Shown here: positions 58,152 through 64,000 of the stretch, piece after piece
How positions within the stretch are numbered: position 1 is the stretch's first letter
How the letters are laid out: the number at the start of each line of letters is the position of its first letter
Origin: Macrostomum hystrix
Lineage: Eukaryota > Animalia > Platyhelminthes
Direction: 5' to 3'
DNA: 64,000 nucleotides
NCBI GenBank assembly: GCA_950097015.1
Contig: CATNEN010000003.1
Location: 1,364,001-1,428,000 of the forward strand
Made by a program: the position numbers and the translations under genes
Notes under the pieces: model-generated
What the model saw: the letters and a program-made list of their open reading frames with translations, nothing else
Told to the model about the DNA's origin: nothing
Databases searched by the model: none

Positions 58152-59147
58152 TTTACAGTGCAAGCGAACTGGGACAGGAAAGCACAGAAGCCCATTGCTC
58201 AGAGCCTGAGGATTGTGATACCTCTCCCGGGAGTGTGCAGCAGAGACATGCTCAGCTTCCGCGGCAACTGCTACGCCGTGACCACCGCTCTCCAGACGAC
58301 CAGTCAGGTGGTGTCCAGCGTCGGAGGCAGCGCACAGCTCGCCAGTTTCAGCAGCATGGTTGAGATCGCAGAGTTCATCAGAGCTAGTGAGTGAGCGCTA
58401 ATCATTCAGGTTGATGCGATTCCATATTCTCCCTCAATGAAAATATTTCAAACATTGACTTTCAGACAACGCCAGGCTGAACTCGTTACGGTACCGGCAG
58501 CCGCTGAGTTTGAATCTGCCGGTCCGACTCGGTCTGTTCCTCGCGTCAGTCGATGGCACAGTCCTGTCCATCGGCAGGAGTAATGGAAGCTGCGCGCTGC
58601 TGCAACAAGTCCCGGCGCTCACGCAGTTTAGGTAGGCCATGCGGTCCGCACAGTTCTTAGTTGGATTCTAATGCCTGGAGGCTTCTGACCAAAATCACTC
58701 CACTGACATTTCAGGACTATCGACGGTCCGTGCGCTTCTCTTCGATTTTTAACAGATACGAACCAGCCGAACGAAGCCGTAGTCGAGTTCGTCAGCTGTA
58801 ACAGGTCGATGCTGTCGCTTTTGAACTTCCGGGAGACTTCCCTGGAGAGTACCCAGCACTGTACCGATGTAAATGGGAGCCATTTTGATAACCGGCTTGC
58901 AGAGCTTGAGAAAATATTTCTAGAATTAAATTTCAACGGAAGTAATGCCAGTTCCAATTCTACGAGTACAGACTACTGGAATTTACACAGTGACGCTTCT
59001 GTCCTGAAATCGCACTTCTCTATGATAGCCTACATTCTTCTCGCTTACGCTGCAATAGCTGCTGCTTTAGTGATTTTACTAAGGGTTTGCAGCCATAAAA
59101 ACAATAGTTACTCGAGTGTGCATCAGGCTGCTATGCAGACAGTTTGA
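58152..59147 (+). pseudogene. 5'-truncated chimeric lectin-like paralog
   Basis: Exon 58152-58387 is almost identical to 62674-62907 but lacks the exon's 5' end; downstream exons (PVRLGLF; GPCASLRF..VSCNRSM; TM) are divergent. Confidence 0.7.
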
Positions 59148-59384
59148 CATTTTCCTATTCGTATCCTAAATAGTTCACTTGGCACAAGCCTCAGTAGGGT
59201 CGCTAGGAACCTGACTTCTCACAAAAAAATAAATATGATTATATTTTGCTAATACTATACTTATTTTTTTAAATAATATTCTTATTATTTTTATTATTAT
59301 TATTTTTTATTGTTATTATAAAGTGCTCACTGAAAAGAGGTGCTGATTTTCTTTATTTTTCCATATCGCAACTGCGAGAAGGCA

Positions 59385-60003
59385 CTTAACGACCGGATCT
59401 AATTTCACTTAACAACCGGATCTAATTTCACTTAACAACCGGATCTAATTTCACTTAACAACCGAATCTAATTTCACTTAACAACCGGATCTAATTTCAC
59501 TTAACAACCGAATCTAATTTCACTTAACAACCGGATCTAATTTTACTTAACAACCGGATCTAATTTCACTTAACAACCGAATCTAATTTTACTTAACAAC
59601 CGAATCTAATTTCACTTAACAACCGAATCTAATTTCACTTAACAACCGAATCTAATTTCACTTAACAACCGAATCTAATTTCACTTAACAACCGAATCTA
59701 ATTTCACTTAACAACCGGATCTAATTTCACTTAACAACCGGATCTAATTTCACTTAACAACCGGATCTAATTTTACTTAACAACCGGATCTAATTTCACT
59801 TAACAACCGAATCTAATTTCACTTAACAACCGAATCTAATTTCACTTAACAACCGAATCTAATTTCACTTAACAACCGAATCTAATTACACTTAACAACC
59901 GAATCTAATTTCACTTAACAACCGAATCTAATTTCACTTAACAACCGAATCTAATTTCACTTAACAACCGAATCTAATTTCACTTAACAACGGAATCTAA
60001 TCT
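59385..60003. repeat. 23-bp minisatellite (ACTTAACAACCGRATCTAATTTC)n
   Basis: About 27 tandem units. Confidence 0.97.
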
Positions 60004-61034
60004 AAAAGGCGAAAAAACGAAAGCAAAAGCGAACGCATAAAAGACACGCGAAACGAAAAGTTTTTGTTGGTGAAAAAATATGTTGTTAAATATTGAATTA
60101 ATTTTTAGGCATAAAATCGCATTATTTATATTGTCATTTATATTGTTTTCTAGATTTCTCTACCTTTTGTGTCCAGAATCTTGTAAATTCAGCTTCAAAT
60201 TTCACCCTGTGTCGAATTATGGATTCTGTTTTTGTTGTCAGGAGACTGTTTTGCATCACGTTGCTGTTCATGTTTGCCTCGATACCGCAGCCAGTGTTAT
60301 TCGGATCGGTTACTAATTTCCATATAATAGAGTCTTGTCGATTAGAATTAGAGTGAAGCCTAATTCTAATTAGAGTGATAATTATGTTTATCATTGAATT
60401 AGTGAAAGTGTAAAATGGTTCAAATATTCGTTAGACTTTTGAAGACTTATAGATTGCGCAATCGAGGTGGAACGACATTTTCATCAGACATTATTGCTAA
60501 GAAAACAAGAAGCATTAGAATCTGCCGCAGATTTTCCGGCTTTGCTAACGTAAATCGTTCGGCTTTTTAAAGAACTTTGAAATCGTTCGAGAACGATAGT
60601 GACGGTGTGGCCCATGCGGCGCAAACTGTTAGCATTATGCTTGAAACATAGTGATCTGTCAACTGAGCAGTTTATCGTTTATCGTTAAATTTATAATTCG
60701 CTCACATGCATTAGACCGAAAATAGATGAGTACTCTTTCCTCAGATGAGTAAATATCAACTATAGTTTATTTTGTAACTATTGTACAGGGAATCCGATTT
60801 AAATTGAAAATTCTGAAAACTCAAGCAAAAAATCACAAACAAGCCAATTTATCTGTCATGGATATCTGCATGCTCGTCAATAGCACCAACGGACTTAACA
60901 GAGTCATGGAAATGCATATTTCACTTGCACTTGTAGTCAGGCGGTTCCGTCAGCTCCCGTCAGGCGGCTGGGCGCGATGCTGACCAACGGTCTTAAGAGC
61001 CGAAGGCATGCGGTGATGACTCGAAGGGATAATA

Positions 61035-61385
61035 CTATTGATAATAATAATTGCAGGAGGGCTGCGGGCAGTGGCTCACAATTTAGTGACACTAGAACCG
61101 CAGCCAGCGAGGAGGCAATTCTGCCCATTTCGCTGACTCCTGAGCACACACACATACAGATACCGTACGCAGGCATATGCTCATACCTGACTTTCTCATC
61201 ATCAGGCAGTGTACATTTCACTGTGCCTTGGAGGTTGACCTATAGGGGCGTAAATTGCACGACAAGCCCCCAAGCCTTCTCTCCGTGGCTGCGCCCCGAA
61301 TAAATGTGGCCTCGCCGTGGAATCGAACTTAGTTACCGTGGTGCGAGAGGCAAACGCGATAACCGCTCTGCCACCGACCCCCCTT
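61035..61385 (-). mobile_element. SINE family A
   Basis: Inverted duplicate of 56855-57215. Confidence 0.82.
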
Positions 61386-62074
61386 GACTCGAGGGGATGG
61401 TGATGTTGATGTTAGCTGGGATTGGAGCTTGACACGCGGAGATTCGTTTTGGGAAGGCAGAAGATATTTTATCGGGAAGAGTCGCAGGGGAACAAGGAGT
61501 CCAAGGTCGGAGAAGGACGTCGTAGGTGTCCTGGAGTAGAGCAAAGGATCAGGCGAGAAGCGAGAGAAAAACATCATACTTTTTCGTAGGAAGAGCGATG
61601 GGATCATTTTGGGATAAATACAACGGGATAATGAAATTTCATTTTCGTTTATAATTAAGTTAAACGAGTCAGAGCAGAAAATTAGTTTCTTTATATTCCC
61701 ACATTCTTGTTTGTTAGTAATACGCAAACTATTTACAAGACCGAAACATTAATGTGAAACAAAAATTTCTTACCTGGTAAGTGAACACTCGCATTGTTCT
61801 CGGCCTAGTTGAACGAATAGGATTATGCGTCCATTACGATATGTGTGCGTGGTCGAGACACTCGAGAGTATATTTTAAACAATGACAAACACGTTGTGTT
61901 TTTTCGACACACTGTGTCGACATGCTTGATATTACGAGCATATCGTATTATATACTTTAACCGCGCTAAGGTGAGTGGATTGGTGTGCTGTGCTGTTCCT
62001 TAGTTCATTGCTTTGGGCTCGCAATACAGCTTAATCTAGTTTTTACCAAGTCGCTTGTCGATTGAAAATTTCAG

Positions 62075-63860
62075 ATGGCCGCACAGTCGGTTTCTCTTGT
62101 CGTTCTACTAACTCTTGCGTTGGTGAATGGGTAGGTGGACCAAATTATATAGACTCAAAAATTTTAGCAACGTTGATACAAACTGTAGTTAGTATATTTC
62201 TGCTGGCTTGGATATGATCTAAAAACGTTTTTTAACACTTATCTATACTACAGAGTTGAGTCGGACAAACGTTACTGTCTTAACGAGCTCACGGTCACCT
62301 TAGAGCTGGATGACTTCTATCACAGAGACGAGACAATCATTCCTCACGTTGTTGACGAACCTTCAAGCGAGAATCGGGAGCGCATGAGCTGTCGCTGGGA
62401 TGTGAGGTTGAGATCGGTCCAACCTGACCTGCAGCTGGTTCTGGAGATGCGTGATCGTAACCATGGAAACGAAGAAACAGAAGAGCAGGGCAGCGGACAG
62501 TCAGAAGGACTCATGCTGCTCGACTCAAATACTGTGCTCCGTCACGGGATGTTTCTGGTCCAACCAATGAGAGATCGGTGAGACAAGGTTTTGTGTCTGA
62601 AACTGGTTCTTTTAATGTTTTTGTTTGCTTAAAATTAGTTTTTTAATTCGGCTTGGCAATTTCAGAATGCAATTTACAGTGCAAGCGAACTGGGACAGGA
62701 AAGCACAGAAGCCCATTGCTCAGAGCCTGAGGATTGTGATACCTCTCCCGGGAGTGTGCAGCAGAGACATGCTCAGCTTCCGCGGCAACTGCTACGCCGT
62801 GACCACCGCTCTCCAGACGACCAGTCAGGTGGTGTCCAGCGTCGGAGGCAGCGCACAGCTCGCCAGTTTCAGCAGCATGGTTGAGATCGCAGACTTCATC
62901 AGAGCTAGTGAGTGAGCAATGTCAGACACAACTCAAGCCTTCAAGTCCATTGCTAAAGCCTGATCTTTATCTGTTTCAGACACTGACAAAATGAGAGACT
63001 TTCCGTACACGCGCCCGCTGCACCTCAACCAGCCAGTCCGTCTCGGAATTTTCCTGAGCGCAGCCGCAGTGCTTTCGGCTGTTAGTGACAAGAGCGGCTG
63101 CAAGCTGGTGCCGGTTGGAAATGCGTCTGATTTCAGGTGAGAATTTCGCCTCGCTTAGGAGGTTACGCAATGCTGAAGTGGTGACTCGAGCATTTCACTC
63201 CTGAGGTGACGAAGTGGTGACTCATGATGCGGCTGTCTGAATTGCAGAGCTCAAGCCACACTTACTGGCCAGTGCGCCTCACTCAGAGTGACCGATCGAG
63301 ACGAAGCGGTGATCGAGTTCGACGACTGCAGCAGGCCGATGCTGTCGCTGCTGAGCTTCCCGGAGACGGCAACTCGCTCTGTTCGAAGGTCCGCGCAATG
63401 CAACGGCGCCCAGCTGGCGCGACTGGTGGAGCAACTGCGACTGCCCGAAATTCCAGAAGGCCCCTCAACGAGTCCGCTGTCCTCCGGCTTTGAGACTCAC
63501 AAGGGCTCAGATGTGAGTTTTAGGTCTGTCAGCCCTTCAGCAGTCGGTTTTGCTCTTGCTGGCGCAGTCGTTTGCCTACTCACCGCGGCATTAGCTGCTG
63601 TGCTGATCGGACGGCGACGGAAAAGAAGATTTGACTGCGAGGGCACGGCTGCTTCTGCAGTCCGTTCGCGCCGCGGCGGCGTGTGCGAGCAAATTGGTCA
63701 GACTAAGGGTGAGTCTGTCCTGATGCTTAATGAGAAAGGCCAGTATCAGTCTACAGCCGAGCAAGCAGCTACTTCTCAGGCTGTAGGAAAGCAAGACAGT
63801 GAACATGATCCTGCTGGTAATTTGATGTTCGACACGAAAAGAAATTCGATCTATGTATAA
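62075..63860 (+). CDS. CUB-like/C-type-lectin-like TM receptor; exons 62075-62130, 62254-62577, 62666-62907, 62980-63136, 63248-63860
   Basis: Signal MAAQSVSLVVLLTLALVNG; phase-compatible GT-AG junctions; TM AVGFALAGAVVCLLTAALAAVLI, basic stop-transfer RRRKRR, tail ...NSIYV. Confidence 0.85.
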
Positions 63861-64000
63861 CTGAGTAATTACTTCGACTTAATTTTCTGAAGCCTTTTTG
63901 TGGTACATTGTCTAGCTGCAGACGATCACGCATTATTTAGCTGCAGCCTATGTCTGTTTTTGTGGAAAGAAATACAACTGCTGTAAATTAGCCTGTAAAA

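Larger units (their letters stand above)
60685..64000. repeat. Right arm of a >=3.3-kb inverted segmental duplication (pairs with ~54222-57565)
   Basis: Continuous reverse-complement similarity including SINE, upstream region, all exons and introns. Confidence 0.9.

Noticed and set aside
60400-60680. Possible DNA-transposase remnant
   Set aside because: Too degraded to support from sequence alone.

Overview
Eukaryotic (metazoan) genomic DNA with GT-AG introns, tRNA-derived SINEs and minisatellite-filled introns. It looks like a flatworm such as Macrostomum, but that is a guess. The host scaffold is a tandem array of about nine paralogous type-I membrane genes (signal peptide, CUB-like exon, non-canonical C-type lectin-like domain, TM). 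Two or three paralogous Ig-like/discoidin-like receptor genes are interspersed. The right end carries recent inverted duplications and a chimeric copy. Embedded at about 15.98-26.5 kb is an almost gap-free block of Crypton-type tyrosine-recombinase (YR) DNA elements: three YR genes plus several small non-coding units. All share one bipartite architecture: a body bounded by short inverted repeats, followed by a long terminal hairpin with conserved TC/TC (GA/GA on the other strand) mismatches and, where the apex is intact, a GNA triloop. Behind the first YR element, three unrelated mini-units are stacked head-to-tail at a fixed TAW-nnTATAC-TTA junction, resembling an integron-style cassette array. 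One hairpin occurs in flip and flop orientations in two copies. Also present: an apparently intact Ngaro/DIRS retrotransposon (split direct repeats, predicted -1 frameshift and Gag-YR splicing), two P-superfamily elements and a P-type excision footprint with 8-bp TSDs, a Tc1 element, and LINE and Gypsy fragments. All calls were made by eye; no database searches were run.
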